Shown: positions 20,104 to 29,952, numbered from the stretch's first letter. The stretch: 64,000 bases of DNA from Aigarchaeota archaeon (GCA_025058515.1 JANXDW010000049.1:2588-66587), one strand, 5' to 3'. A program made the numbers and translations. The notes: generated by a model from the letters alone, not told the origin.

Positions 20104-20776
20104 GTTTAACCACTCCTCTACAAATATAACTTGATGATAGTTTAACTAGATTAGATTCAATAATCTTCAATGGAGTTGTAGATACAGAGTCTAATGCACT
20201 CTCCTTATTGAAACCGAAGATGTGTAGTAAAGAGATCATCTCGTACGGGGTCCTTAGTTCAGAAATTTTAGAAGCTGAGGAAGAGATGATTAAGTCAACC
20301 TTACGGGCTAGATGCTCTACGATCTCATCTGTAACTCTTAAGAAGTCTCTTCTAACACTCTTATCTAGAAACCATTTAAACGGTATCTCAATACAGTTCT
20401 TTATAATTGCTGCAACTCCTCTATCTATCCTAAACCTCTTATCAGGAGGTATGATCAATGTATCAACTCTATTATCTCTTGCAGCTGTTAAAGCTACTTC
20501 TAAATTTCTACATATGACTGAGACTACCTCATATCTACCTCTACAAGTTCTCAGCTCTCTTAGTAAGGTAGATTTATCATCAGGCTCCAATACGATCTTT
20601 CTGTAAACATTTATCTCAAAATCTCTACCAATTCTTTCTATTTCTTCAAGTTTACTTTCATCTATAATAGATACAGCAATACTGCTGAATCCAAGCTCTC
20701 GAATTCTAGCCATTATCTCCGATAAATCTATATCTTCTACAATGTTTATCCAGAAGTCTATATATTTTCTAGGCAT
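20096..20776 (-). CDS. RNase P protein subunit Rpp30 (putative)
   Basis: A 226-aa TIM-barrel-sized protein immediately upstream of Pop5 in the same operon, overlapping it by 8 nt. The Pop5-Rpp30 pairing is conserved in archaea. Confidence 0.5.
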   Translation of the reverse strand: MPRKYIDFWINIVEDIDLSEIMARIRELGFSSIAVSIIDESKLEEIERIGRDFEINVYRKIVLEPDDKSTLLRELRTCRGRYEVVSVICRNLEVALTAARDNRVDTLIIPPDKRFRIDRGVAAIIKNCIEIPFKWFLDKSVRRDFLRVTDEIVEHLARKVDLIISSSASKISELRTPYEMISLLHIFGFNKESALDSVSTTPLKIIESNLVKLSSSYICRGVVKLD

Positions 20777-20830
20777 ATCTTATCTCACCATTAGATAATC
20801 ATACACTACATCGTTCTATTGATATATCTC

Positions 20831-21256
20831 TCATCCCTCTATATTTAATAGTTTTAAGAACTTGTTGATATCTCCTCTTATCCCTATCTCTATTCTAATA
20901 GAGTCTTTATCTGAGAGCTTGAGTACTCCTTTGTATGCTGTTTGCTTATCTAAACGTATGTAGAGTTTTCCTCCATGTCTCCCCATCTCTAAACCACCTT
21001 TAACAGCCTCACTTCTCTCATACTCACTTAGTCTAGAAAAAATATTCTTCACAATTTCTAGAGATATACTAGGATCTAGTACTTCAATCTTGGTTAATAT
21101 TATTGGATCATTATAGTACCCCTTTAAGGGTTGACTAGCTATCTTCATCTTATCTATATTTTCAATACCTACTACGTTCTCGATGCTCTTCATAATCTTA
21201 TCTTCATCTTCAGTAGCATGGCATAGTACTTGAAGAGACAACCTTTCTATACGCAT
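20831..21256 (-). CDS. COG1325/UPF0201-like predicted RNA-binding protein (exosome/RNase P neighbourhood)
   Basis: N-terminal …VLCHATEDEDKIMKSIENV… resembles the conserved (P/A)TED…EKV motif of this family. Genomic context supports the call. Confidence 0.35.
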   Translation of the reverse strand: MRIERLSLQVLCHATEDEDKIMKSIENVVGIENIDKMKIASQPLKGYYNDPIILTKIEVLDPSISLEIVKNIFSRLSEYERSEAVKGGLEMGRHGGKLYIRLDKQTAYKGVLKLSDKDSIRIEIGIRGDINKFLKLLNIEG

Positions 21257-21471
21257 CTCTAAGAAATAGCTTACTATCGTTAAGTATTAATCTTTTATCT
21301 ATCATTAACTCATCTTTAATCTAATCTTACAATACTATTGATATGTTATCTTAAAATGTATATAGTTGTCTACGATCCTCAAAATGTTATACTCAAAACT
21401 TTGCTAGAAAATCTCACTAATATATCATCAAGTCTTCAGGATACTGGTTAATATGAAATCCTTCTCATGCT

Positions 21472-21834
21472 TTAACTGTGAAATTCTCTTACGCTTAAAC
21501 TTCTCAGTAAGCTCTTTACGAGATTTTTATCACCTGACTTAATCATGATTATGATCTCAGAAGCGTTTATTGGTTCAAGCAATCCTTCACGAGTTAATGT
21601 TGAGAATAATGCTTTTAAGAGATAATCAGCTCCTTTTCCATAAATCTTACTAAGCGCTCTATAGAATCTTACAGGGTCTTCGTAAAGAACGTGATACATA
21701 TCTTCTTCAAGGGAGATCAACATGAAGCGTTCGAGTATCTGTAGAGTTGATTCTCCTAGAATCTTCACTAATCCAAATCTGAGTATCTTCGTTAAACGTT
21801 CTAGGTCAAGTGAAGGTACACTCACGTTGTGCAC
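21472..21834 (-). CDS. Hypothetical protein
   Basis: 120-aa ORF with clean intergenic boundaries and no recognisable motif. Confidence 0.3.
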   Translation of the reverse strand: MHNVSVPSLDLERLTKILRFGLVKILGESTLQILERFMLISLEEDMYHVLYEDPVRFYRALSKIYGKGADYLLKALFSTLTREGLLEPINASEIIIMIKSGDKNLVKSLLRSLSVREFHS

Positions 21835-22014
21835 ATCATAATTAGTTATAGCTAAGTTGTAGATAAAGACAATCTATCTATACTTAGAGACCTATACAAG
21901 TATAATATCTCCTTATGAATCTCTATATGTGGTTCTTTTAAAATTGTGCATTCTACAAAGATTATCTTATAGTCTTTTTATTGTTTAGATTAGTGTTGAG
22001 ATTTTAAGAGGTGG

Positions 22015-23049
22015 ATGATCGTTTTGAAGATTGCGAGACTCTGGTCGAGTATAAATGGTTTAATTGAATGTCAGATATGTGAGAGGAGATGTAAACTTAA
22101 AGCTAATGATGTTGGGATATGTAAGAATTATGCAAACATTAGTAATGTGTTAGTGCATATTGGTTACGGTGTTGTAAGTGCGGTGGAGAGTCGACCTATA
22201 GAGATTAAACCATTCTTCCATTATTGGCCGAATAGCACATCTTTAACATTCTCAGGATACGGGTGTAACTTCTATTGCCCGTGGTGTCAAAACCATCATA
22301 TAAGTTTCTCAAATCTTCCCATAAGCTCAAAGAGGGTAATGCCTGGAGAACTTGTAGATAAAGCAGTAAAAATGAGAGATGAAGGACTCTGTGCAAGCTT
22401 TAATGAACCTGCATCCATCTTTGATTACCTCTTAGACCTCTTTCAACTTGGTAAGAAACATAATCTTTATGGAACTATAGTAACAAATGGGTATTTTACC
22501 TCTAAGGCCATACTAGAATTGATAGAAGCTGGTGTAGATGGGTTCAGCATAGATATCAAAGGGTGTCCAACATCTCGTAGAGCAATAGCATCTATAGACC
22601 ATTTCAAGGTGTTTAGAAATGCTAAAGAGATAATTGATCTAGGAGGCCATGTCGAGGTGGTCTACCTTGTTGTAACAGATTTCAACGATCACGATGGATG
22701 TGTAGATTGGATACTTGGGAAACACATAGATATGCTTGGACCAGATGTTCCATTACACATCAATAGATATTATCCCGCCCACGTATGGAAGACTCCACCA
22801 ACATCTTTAACGAGGTTGCTTGAGATTAAGCAGAAAGCAGAAAGATTAGGTATAAACTATGTCTACGTAGGAAATGTTGATATAGAAGGTCTAGAAGATA
22901 CGATTTGCCCTAACTGTAGAAAATTACTCATATCTCGGAGAAGGTATAGAGTAACATACTTCAAGCTAGAAGATAAGAGATGTCCGAGATGCGGTCAAAA
23001 GATACCTATAAAAGGAAGATACATCAAAGAGAAAACATACTTCTTCTAA
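22015..23049 (+). CDS. Radical SAM enzyme, AmmeMemoRadiSam/PflA-activase-like, with a C-terminal zinc ribbon
   Basis: CNFYCPWCQN is the CxxxCxxC radical SAM cluster. The N-terminal CQICERRC…GICKNY region matches the AmmeMemoRadiSam family pattern. The C-terminal CPNC…CPRCG forms a ribbon. Confidence 0.6.
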   Translation: MIVLKIARLWSSINGLIECQICERRCKLKANDVGICKNYANISNVLVHIGYGVVSAVESRPIEIKPFFHYWPNSTSLTFSGYGCNFYCPWCQNHHISFSNLPISSKRVMPGELVDKAVKMRDEGLCASFNEPASIFDYLLDLFQLGKKHNLYGTIVTNGYFTSKAILELIEAGVDGFSIDIKGCPTSRRAIASIDHFKVFRNAKEIIDLGGHVEVVYLVVTDFNDHDGCVDWILGKHIDMLGPDVPLHINRYYPAHVWKTPPTSLTRLLEIKQKAERLGINYVYVGNVDIEGLEDTICPNCRKLLISRRRYRVTYFKLEDKRCPRCGQKIPIKGRYIKEKTYFF

Positions 23050-23068
23050 AAGCTTGATAATCTTAGAT

Positions 23069-23084
23069 CATTATCGAGATAATG
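23069..23084. terminator. Perfect palindrome CATTATCgaGATAATG 20 nt after the radical SAM stop (hairpin, terminator-like)
   Basis: Read directly from the sequence. Confidence 0.25.
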
Positions 23085-23235
23085 CTCTTCAATAGCTCAA
23101 GAGAATCATCTAATCAAGGAAAGTATAATTAGATCTTAATATAACATCTTAAAATTCCAATTATGTAAAGACTTCTATCATCTATTCTCTTTAGAAAAAT
23201 AGTGCTGTTAAAACGTAGAGTTAAATAAGAAGTAC

Positions 23236-23748
23236 ATGTCTGAATCTCTAGAGATGTCGATGTATAGTATGCTTAACCAGCTGTGGAGGAAGAAGCCTGA
23301 AGAGCTCAAAGCATTGATGAAGGAGAGGTTGATTAAGTGGAGGAGGGATCCTGCAGTTGTAAGAGTTGAGAAGCCTCTTCGACTTGATCGTGCACGCCAG
23401 TTAGGATACAAGGCTAAGCAAGGGTTTGTAGTTGTTAGAGTTAGAGTTAGGAGAGGTGGATTCCAGAAGCCTAGACCTAGAGCTGGTAGAAGACCTAAGG
23501 CAATCGGAGTAGTTAGACACAAGGTAAATCTAAGTATGAAAAATGAAGCATTAAATCGTGCAGTTAAAAAGTTTCCAAATCTCTATCCACTTGGAGCATA
23601 CTGGGTGGCTGAAGACGGTATGTATAAATGGTTTGAAGTAATAATGGTCGACCCAAATCATCCAGCAATAAGAAATGATAAGAATGTACAGTTACCGAAT
23701 ACACTATTAAGGCGAATAGTTAGAAAAGAGAAAAAGAAGAAATCTTGA
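23236..23748 (+). CDS. rpl15e: 50S ribosomal protein L15e (eL15)
   Basis: RKKPEELKALMKERLIKWRRDPAVVRVEKPLRLDRARQLGYKAKQGFVVVRVRVRRGG is the eL15 signature. The true start is probably the later Met (MYSMLNQLW) near 23263. Confidence 0.85.
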   Translation: MSESLEMSMYSMLNQLWRKKPEELKALMKERLIKWRRDPAVVRVEKPLRLDRARQLGYKAKQGFVVVRVRVRRGGFQKPRPRAGRRPKAIGVVRHKVNLSMKNEALNRAVKKFPNLYPLGAYWVAEDGMYKWFEVIMVDPNHPAIRNDKNVQLPNTLLRRIVRKEKKKKS

Positions 23749-23811
23749 TACTCGATCTAATGTGAAGATAATGCTTACTTGATATTATAGATCATTCTAG
23801 AAATTTATGAG

Positions 23812-23970
23812 ATGGATATTCTAACTCTTATCTCAATATCTATGCATGCAGATTTCCTAGGTGCATTAGTAGGTTTATGTGGAGGGATTATCTTAATACC
23901 ATTACTTACTCTACTTGGAGTACCGATAAAGCACGCTATCGCTACTTTATCTTCACATTATTCTTGCTAG
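23812..23970 (+). pseudogene. N-terminal remnant of a TauE/SafE (DUF81) sulfite-exporter-family membrane protein
   Basis: A 52-aa ORF MDILTLISISMHADFLGALVGLCGGIILIPLLTLLGVPIKHAIATLSSHYSC* matches the TauE N-terminus (…GGGIILIPLL…) but stops after about 1.5 TM helices. Full-length family members are about 250 aa. Confidence 0.4.
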
Positions 23971-24132
23971 CATCTTCATAAAGATAAGAGACCATAAATA
24001 CATCTTAATAACATCAATCATATCAACTATATTGACTATTAACATCCTAGCCGACTGAACAGCTGTAACCAAAAACCATTATACTGCTTTAAAGATTTAT
24101 TTCTTGAAGAGATAAGATATGATAGTGGGAAG

Positions 24133-25341
24133 TTGGAGCTTGCAGGTATAGTAGGTAAAGCAAATGTTGGTAAGAGTACATTATTCTCTGCCATGACTCT
24201 TGCACCTGTAGAGATAGCGAATTACCCTTTTACAACAATTAAACCTAATAGAGGAGTAACATACTTGAGGATAGACTGTGTATGTAAAGAACTCGGAGTA
24301 AAAGATAATCCAAAAAATAGTAGATGTATAGATGGTTCAAGATTCATACCTATAGAGATTATAGATTGCCCTGGGATAATAAGAGGTGCGCATAAGGGTA
24401 GAGGTCTAGGTCTACAGTTTCTTGATGAGATCAGGCAAGCCTCAGCTTTAATAGTTGTTGTAGATGCTGCTGGAGCAACAGACTCTGATGGAAACCCCGT
24501 TGAGCCAGGTACAGGAGACCCACTAGATGATGTAAAACTAGTTGAAGAAGAATTTACACATTGGGTAGTAGACATCATCTCTTCAGATTGGCAGAGGATC
24601 TGTAGGATTGTTGAGAATAAGTTTGGAGAACTTGAAGAAGAATTGGAGAAGAAGCTATCTGGACTAGGTATAGGATTAGATTCGATACGTGAAGTTATCC
24701 GTGAACTTGGTCTAAACCCTTATAAGCCTACACAGTGGAGTAGAGAACAATTATACACCTTTACATCTATGTTGGTGAAGAAGGAGAAGCCGATTATAGT
24801 TGCAGCAAATAAGATAGATATTAGAGAAGCTGATAAAGGAGTAGAGAAGATTATTAGAGCAGGCTACGAGACCGTCCCAGTAAGCGCAGAAGCAGAGAGG
24901 ATCTTGAGATTAGCTTCTGAGAAAGGGTTGGTCAAATATCTTCCAGGAGAGAAGAGTTTTGAGATCATCGATGAGCCAAGGTTGACTAGAGCTCAGAAGA
25001 ATGTTCTTGAAAAGATCTATGAAATGGTCTTTAAACGCTGGGGTTCAACAGGTGTCCAAGAGCTTATAAACAATGCTTACTTTAAATTACTGAAGTATAT
25101 CCCCGTATATCCTGTAGAAGACTCTGAAAAGCTCACTGATCACGATGGAAATGTTTTACCAGATGTATACATTGTTCCTCAAGGATCTAAGCCTAGAGAC
25201 CTTGCTTACAAGATACATTCAGAACTTGGGAAGACCTTCTTATATGCTATTGATGCTAAGAAGAAGATAAGAGTAAGCGATGAATATACATTGAAGTGGG
25301 GTGACGTGATCTCTATTGTATCAACAGCTAAGAGAGGATGA
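24133..25341 (+). CDS. ychF: YchF/Ola1-family GTPase with C-terminal TGS domain
   Basis: GIVGKANVGKSTLFSAMT…ANYPFTTIKPNRGV (G1 motif and YchF-type switch region), a C-terminal TGS-like domain, and about 402 aa. Confidence 0.7.
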   Translation: MELAGIVGKANVGKSTLFSAMTLAPVEIANYPFTTIKPNRGVTYLRIDCVCKELGVKDNPKNSRCIDGSRFIPIEIIDCPGIIRGAHKGRGLGLQFLDEIRQASALIVVVDAAGATDSDGNPVEPGTGDPLDDVKLVEEEFTHWVVDIISSDWQRICRIVENKFGELEEELEKKLSGLGIGLDSIREVIRELGLNPYKPTQWSREQLYTFTSMLVKKEKPIIVAANKIDIREADKGVEKIIRAGYETVPVSAEAERILRLASEKGLVKYLPGEKSFEIIDEPRLTRAQKNVLEKIYEMVFKRWGSTGVQELINNAYFKLLKYIPVYPVEDSEKLTDHDGNVLPDVYIVPQGSKPRDLAYKIHSELGKTFLYAIDAKKKIRVSDEYTLKWGDVISIVSTAKRG

Positions 25342-25363
25342 ATGATCAGCTAAACTGGCTTCA

Positions 25364-25723
25364 CTATACATCTATATCACCTAAATATTTCTTAGAATAG
25401 TATCCCCATTCTTTCTTTGAACCAAAACTTCTTACACCATACTCCTTTACTTGATTTCTGAGTTTTGTAGCTTCTTCAACAGTTATCTCATTCCTCTTCT
25501 CAAGATAATCTATTACTTCTAGAGCTTCACGATCATCTTCACATCTCCTAAGATAATCTATTGGAGTAGGCATAGATGGTTCAAGTCTACTCTTCTCTGC
25601 TACAGCTTCTCCCTCTTCAATAGATGTTCTAACACCATCTATCTGAGCAGTCATCTTCTTCTCCACAATCTCTCTATATAGATTTGGGAACAACTTCTTA
25701 AATGGTCTTCTATCTATCTCCAT
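25364..25723 (-). CDS. Hypothetical 119-aa protein translationally coupled to the upstream nucleotidyltransferase
   Basis: Its ATG (25721-25723) directly abuts the TAG of the nucleotidyltransferase ORF (25724-25726). It has no HEPN Rx4-6H motif. Confidence 0.35.
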   Translation of the reverse strand: MEIDRRPFKKLFPNLYREIVEKKMTAQIDGVRTSIEEGEAVAEKSRLEPSMPTPIDYLRRCEDDREALEVIDYLEKRNEITVEEATKLRNQVKEYGVRSFGSKKEWGYYSKKYLGDIDV

Positions 25724-26395
25724 CTATCTCCTCCTCGGTATAAACAATCTCGTAGGCTCATCCTTCATTATTCTCTTCAACTCGGTTAATGTTAAGCCTT
25801 TCTTTAAGTCTCCGTAGATATCACATCTAGAAGGATTTAAATAAGCGTGATGTTCTTTCAAGATTATCTCTACTTGATAACCATCTCTAGTCTCAGTCTT
25901 TATCTTTACTAAACTTCCTTCTCTAAGCGGTTCAGGTAGATCTACCTTTACTAATTCTTTAACAACGAACTTCTTTTCTTGAAGCTTCATAATTACAGAG
26001 TCTAGATCTTCACAATCTAGTTCTATATCGATATCGCTATCTGGCTTGACCACTCCTCTCCAAACACTTCCAACAACCCTAGGATTAAACTCTTCTAAAA
26101 TCTCCATCAATTCTAAAGCTTGAGCCCTCATATTCTTCAACCTCTCCCAATACTCTTCACCCTCGTTCTCTAATGCAACTTCCAGCAACTTTAATGCTAT
26201 ATCTATATTCTTTGGGAGAACTTTAACTCCAAGTTCTTGAGCAGCTAGTTTCTTGGCCTCAATATATTCTTCAGTTCTTCTAGAATAGAGTATTCTAGCT
26301 GCATGTTCTGCTACTATCTCTCTAAGAGGTTTTTTCTTGACTCTCGGTAGACGTGGACGCAGTCTGTACCGCCTCTCTAACAGCTTCTTCAACAT
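25724..26395 (-). CDS. Pol-beta-superfamily nucleotidyltransferase domain protein
   Basis: VGSVWRGVVKPDSDIDIEL matches the GS…D-x-D nucleotidyltransferase motif. An approximately 100-aa helical N-terminal extension precedes it. The annotated start overlaps rps3Ae by 74 nt, so the true start is probably internal or non-ATG. Confidence 0.5.
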   Translation of the reverse strand: MLKKLLERRYRLRPRLPRVKKKPLREIVAEHAARILYSRRTEEYIEAKKLAAQELGVKVLPKNIDIALKLLEVALENEGEEYWERLKNMRAQALELMEILEEFNPRVVGSVWRGVVKPDSDIDIELDCEDLDSVIMKLQEKKFVVKELVKVDLPEPLREGSLVKIKTETRDGYQVEIILKEHHAYLNPSRCDIYGDLKKGLTLTELKRIMKDEPTRLFIPRRR

Positions 26396-26987
26396 AGACC
26401 CATTCAGGAACTCTTAACACTTTAGATTTAACGACCCCTACATGTCTCAGTAAAGTGATCTTCTTAGCTTCTTGGAATATGTCTGAAGCTGTCTTTCCGA
26501 GAACCATCTCTTGTGCAAGTTGAGAGAGAGTTAAATTCTTTGATGTATCTTCCAATATCTTCTGCATACACTTTCTAATCTTCTTGACCTTTAAGCAGTG
26601 TGGAGTCAACCTCTTAGTTGTAAATGCTATCACATGTACTCGTATCTGGAACCCGTCCTTTGTAGTAAGATTGAAGATGCCGTCTATCCTCGAAGTCCCT
26701 CTTCTAACCAAGCTTCTAAGAAATTCTCTACCATACTCATGTCCATAGAATATCGTCTCAGCCGTCAAGTCTTCTTTAACCCTCACTATCTTGAATCTTA
26801 TCAATAAGTATTGTTTTGTAAAATCTCCTGTAATCGTGTACAAGCTTACCCAGAGAGTTCTACCAATCGCTTCTCTCGGATCATATACTAGAGTGGTACC
26901 GATCTCTTTGTATCCAAAGTAGTCAGGAGAATAAATTGTAATAACTTGTTTAGGCGGCTTCTTTTCTGAATCTGTTCTCTTCGACAT
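26322..26987 (-). CDS. rps3ae: 30S ribosomal protein S3Ae (eS1)
   Basis: …LVRRGTSRIDGIFNLTTKDGFQIRVHVIAFTTKR…LGKTASDIFQEAKKITLLRHVGVVKSKVL aligns with eS1 over its full length. Confidence 0.85.
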   Translation of the reverse strand: MSKRTDSEKKPPKQVITIYSPDYFGYKEIGTTLVYDPREAIGRTLWVSLYTITGDFTKQYLLIRFKIVRVKEDLTAETIFYGHEYGREFLRSLVRRGTSRIDGIFNLTTKDGFQIRVHVIAFTTKRLTPHCLKVKKIRKCMQKILEDTSKNLTLSQLAQEMVLGKTASDIFQEAKKITLLRHVGVVKSKVLRVPEWVYVEEAVREAVQTASTSTESQEKTS

Positions 26988-27214
26988 CTAGAACATCTTC
27001 CAGCTTCCACAATTTATATTTATTATAGAGACTTCCCCACTGCGGCCACATTATTACGAGAATAAGAAGCTATTCCCAAACTCTTTCCCAAATTTAAAGA
27101 GAATGCTAATAATAGAGAAAGGTATTATTAACTTCAACTAACTCTACATTCAAACTATATAGATTATGGCTCTAATTGAAAAAGTTTATTTCGTAAGTAT
27201 CTCTGATAATATGT

Positions 27215-27907
27215 ATGATAAAACTTCCCTTAATCGTTCTAAACTTTAAAGTTTATTCTGAAGCGATTGGTGAGAAAGCAGTAAAGTTAGCGAAGTACGC
27301 TGAAGAAGTCTCTAGAGAATATGATGTAGGTTTGGCTGTGGCCCCACCTACAACTGAGTTAAAAACCATAGTTGAGTCAGTTAACATACCTGTCTTCTCT
27401 CAGCATGTTGACCCCCATCCTTGTGGAAGCTGGACAGGAGGAATAGTAGTAGAGATGCTTAAAGAAGTTGGTGTAGTAGGTTCTATCGTAAACCACTCAG
27501 AGAAGAGAATGATTCTAGCAGATATCGCTATAGTATTAAAAAGACTTAAAGATAATAATCTAGTATCTCTTCTCTGTACCGACACGATTGAAACAACCAA
27601 AGCTGGAGCAGCGCTATCTCCAGATATAATAGCTATCGAACCCCCTGAATTGATAGGAACAGGGATTCCAGTCTCAAAAGCTAGACCTGAAATCGTTCAA
27701 GGAGCAGTAGAAGTTGTTAAGAAAAATAATCCATCTATCCATATCCTCTGTGGAGCTGGAATATCTACAGGTGAAGATGTAGCTAAAGCAATTGAACTAG
27801 GTGCGGAAGGCGTATTGCTTGCTAGCGCATATGTTAAAGCAAGAGATCCAAAGACTATCCTATTATCGATGGCTGATGCAGCTCTAAAAGCATGGGAGAA
27901 TCGTTAA
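27215..27907 (+). CDS. tpiA: Triosephosphate isomerase (archaeal type)
   Basis: LIVLNFKVY start; about 230 aa; archaeal TIM pattern with the catalytic E in …IAIEPPELIGTG. Confidence 0.85.
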   Translation: MIKLPLIVLNFKVYSEAIGEKAVKLAKYAEEVSREYDVGLAVAPPTTELKTIVESVNIPVFSQHVDPHPCGSWTGGIVVEMLKEVGVVGSIVNHSEKRMILADIAIVLKRLKDNNLVSLLCTDTIETTKAGAALSPDIIAIEPPELIGTGIPVSKARPEIVQGAVEVVKKNNPSIHILCGAGISTGEDVAKAIELGAEGVLLASAYVKARDPKTILLSMADAALKAWENR

Positions 27908-28290
27908 CCCTTCAAGAATACTTTAACTCTATCACCTTTAGAATTGTAAGCATGTATATCTTCTAACGTGAGGTAAGGAGGCGTAAGGATCAACATTATA
28001 TTTCCAATGAAATGGTAGAGATCTTCATCTGAGGGATGAGGATCTCCAGAAGGATGGGAATGAGCTAATCCAATTATTGTGAAGTCTAGTGGAAGCATAT
28101 CGAATCTAAAGAATGCTGAGTGTTCATCATGCCGTGAAAGTGGAGCAAAAAGAATCTCATCAATCTCTAAAACATCCTTCTTCTTTCTACCTCTTAACAA
28201 CATAAGCATCTCTCTAGGATGAGCATTCTGAGCAATCTCCAACAAGCTCTGAGCAACATCTCTCATTAAGAGAACTTTCTCTACTGGCAT
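27904..28290 (-). CDS. JAMM/MPN+ metalloprotease (Mov34 family)
   Basis: GLAHSHPSGDPHPSDEDL contains the full JAMM motif HxHx7Sx2D; 128 aa. Confidence 0.75.
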   Translation of the reverse strand: MPVEKVLLMRDVAQSLLEIAQNAHPREMLMLLRGRKKKDVLEIDEILFAPLSRHDEHSAFFRFDMLPLDFTIIGLAHSHPSGDPHPSDEDLYHFIGNIMLILTPPYLTLEDIHAYNSKGDRVKVFLKG

Positions 28291-28467
28291 AATTTACATC
28301 ATGAACAAGATCAATCTATATTATAATCCTTACCCATACTGAACTAGAAATAGATCTAGATTGGGATGATACTCAATGTAACGTGAAGTTTATAAGAAGA
28401 TTTTTAGAAACTGGATTAAATAAGCACAATGTTAATAGCTAAGTTAGAGAAGTAACCTTCGAGGAAG

Positions 28468-29916
28468 ATGTCTAGTGGGCAGCAGTCGGTAACAGCTTTA
28501 AAAAAGTTTACAAATTTTACGAACTGGTTTGATGAGCTCTTACTGAATGCTAAGATAGCAGATAATAGGTATCCTGTCAAGGGTTTCATAGTATATCTAG
28601 AGAATGGTGCATATATCATAGAGAAGATCAAGAGGCTACTAGAAGAAAAATTAGAGAAGACAGGTCATAAGCTGATGTATTTCCCTCTTGTAGCAACTGA
28701 AGAACTCTTCTCAAAAGAAGCAGAGCATATAAAGGGGTTCTCTAGAGAAGTATTCAAGATTGAGCAGAGAGAAGAGAAGGGTGCTGAACGTATACTGATC
28801 GTGAGACCTACCTCCGAGACCATAATTTATCCTATGTTTAAACTATGGATCAGAAGTCATGCAGACCTTCCATTAAAAATTCATCAAAGCGTAAACGTTT
28901 ACAGGTACGAGACAAAAGCCACTAGACCTCTTTATAGAGTAAGAGAGATCCCTTGGAATGAAGCTCATACAGCTCATGAATCTCCAAGCGATGCAGAGAG
29001 GCAGGTAAAAGAAGCAATAGAGATCTACAGAGAGGTATTAGAAGAGCTTGGTATAAGCTTCCTACTCTTGAAGAGACCTGACTTCGATAAGTTTGCAGGA
29101 GCAGTCTACTCAATAGCCTTTGATGCATGGAATCCAGATGGTAGAATAAACCAAGTAGGTACAGTACATAATCTTGGAAAAAATTTCTCTAAAGCATATG
29201 ATATTACATTTGAGAAGAAAGATGGTTCAAGAGGTCTAGTTTATCAATTATGCTACGGCTTTGGGTACAGTAGAGTCCTTGCAGCTATAATCGCCCAACA
29301 TGGTGATGATAGAGGTCTAGTACTCCCCCCCATCGTTGCTCCAACACAGATAGTCTTAATCCCAATACTCTTTAAAGGACAGGAGAAAGAAGTCTTAGAA
29401 TATTCACGGGAAATATATGCTGAGTTAAAAGATATATGGAGAACAACTCTAGATGATAGAGAAGACATTACACCAGGTGAGAAGTTTTATTATTGGGAGA
29501 TGATGGGTGCTCCAATAAGAGTAGAGATCGGTCCCAGAGAAGTCTTAGAAGGAATAGTCACGTTAACTAGAAGAGATACATTAGAGAGGTTACAGTGTAA
29601 TAGATCTGAGATCGTTAAAGAGATCTCTCAGCTCATGGAGAAAATATCTCAGAATCTAAGAGAGAAGAGTAAGAGAATGTTATATCAAATGATATTAGAT
29701 TGTAGAGAATTGGAAGAAGCTGCGAAAGCTGTAGATAATAAGAATATTGTAAGAGCTGCTTGGTGTGGTTCAATGGATTGTGCTCAGAAGATTAAAGAGC
29801 ATGTCGGCGGAGAGATAAGAGGAGAAAGATATGATGTAGGTGAACATCCAGATAGACCATGTATAGCATGTGGTCAGCAGGCAAAAACAATCATATACAT
29901 TGCTAGAGCCTACTAA
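28468..29916 (+). CDS. proS: Prolyl-tRNA synthetase (archaeal/eukaryotic type)
   Basis: Class II aaRS motifs, …HQSVNVYRYETKATRPLYRVREI…, and a C-terminal Zn-binding tail CGSMDC…CIACG. Confidence 0.85.
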   Translation: MSSGQQSVTALKKFTNFTNWFDELLLNAKIADNRYPVKGFIVYLENGAYIIEKIKRLLEEKLEKTGHKLMYFPLVATEELFSKEAEHIKGFSREVFKIEQREEKGAERILIVRPTSETIIYPMFKLWIRSHADLPLKIHQSVNVYRYETKATRPLYRVREIPWNEAHTAHESPSDAERQVKEAIEIYREVLEELGISFLLLKRPDFDKFAGAVYSIAFDAWNPDGRINQVGTVHNLGKNFSKAYDITFEKKDGSRGLVYQLCYGFGYSRVLAAIIAQHGDDRGLVLPPIVAPTQIVLIPILFKGQEKEVLEYSREIYAELKDIWRTTLDDREDITPGEKFYYWEMMGAPIRVEIGPREVLEGIVTLTRRDTLERLQCNRSEIVKEISQLMEKISQNLREKSKRMLYQMILDCRELEEAAKAVDNKNIVRAAWCGSMDCAQKIKEHVGGEIRGERYDVGEHPDRPCIACGQQAKTIIYIARAY

Positions 29917-29952
29917 ATAATATTAAAATATTGTTTAGAAGATTGGATATTC

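Noticed and set aside
15455-20606. Antisense ORFs within metE, the tatA/tatC region, CPBP and Rpp30 (15455..15640-, 16231..16419-, 16469..16672-, 17876..18169-, 18231..18419-, 18582..18776-, 19763..20014+, 20208..20606+)
   Set aside because: Opposite-strand shadows of supported genes. 17876..18169 in particular overlaps the second tatA, which has a canonical TatA N-terminus.
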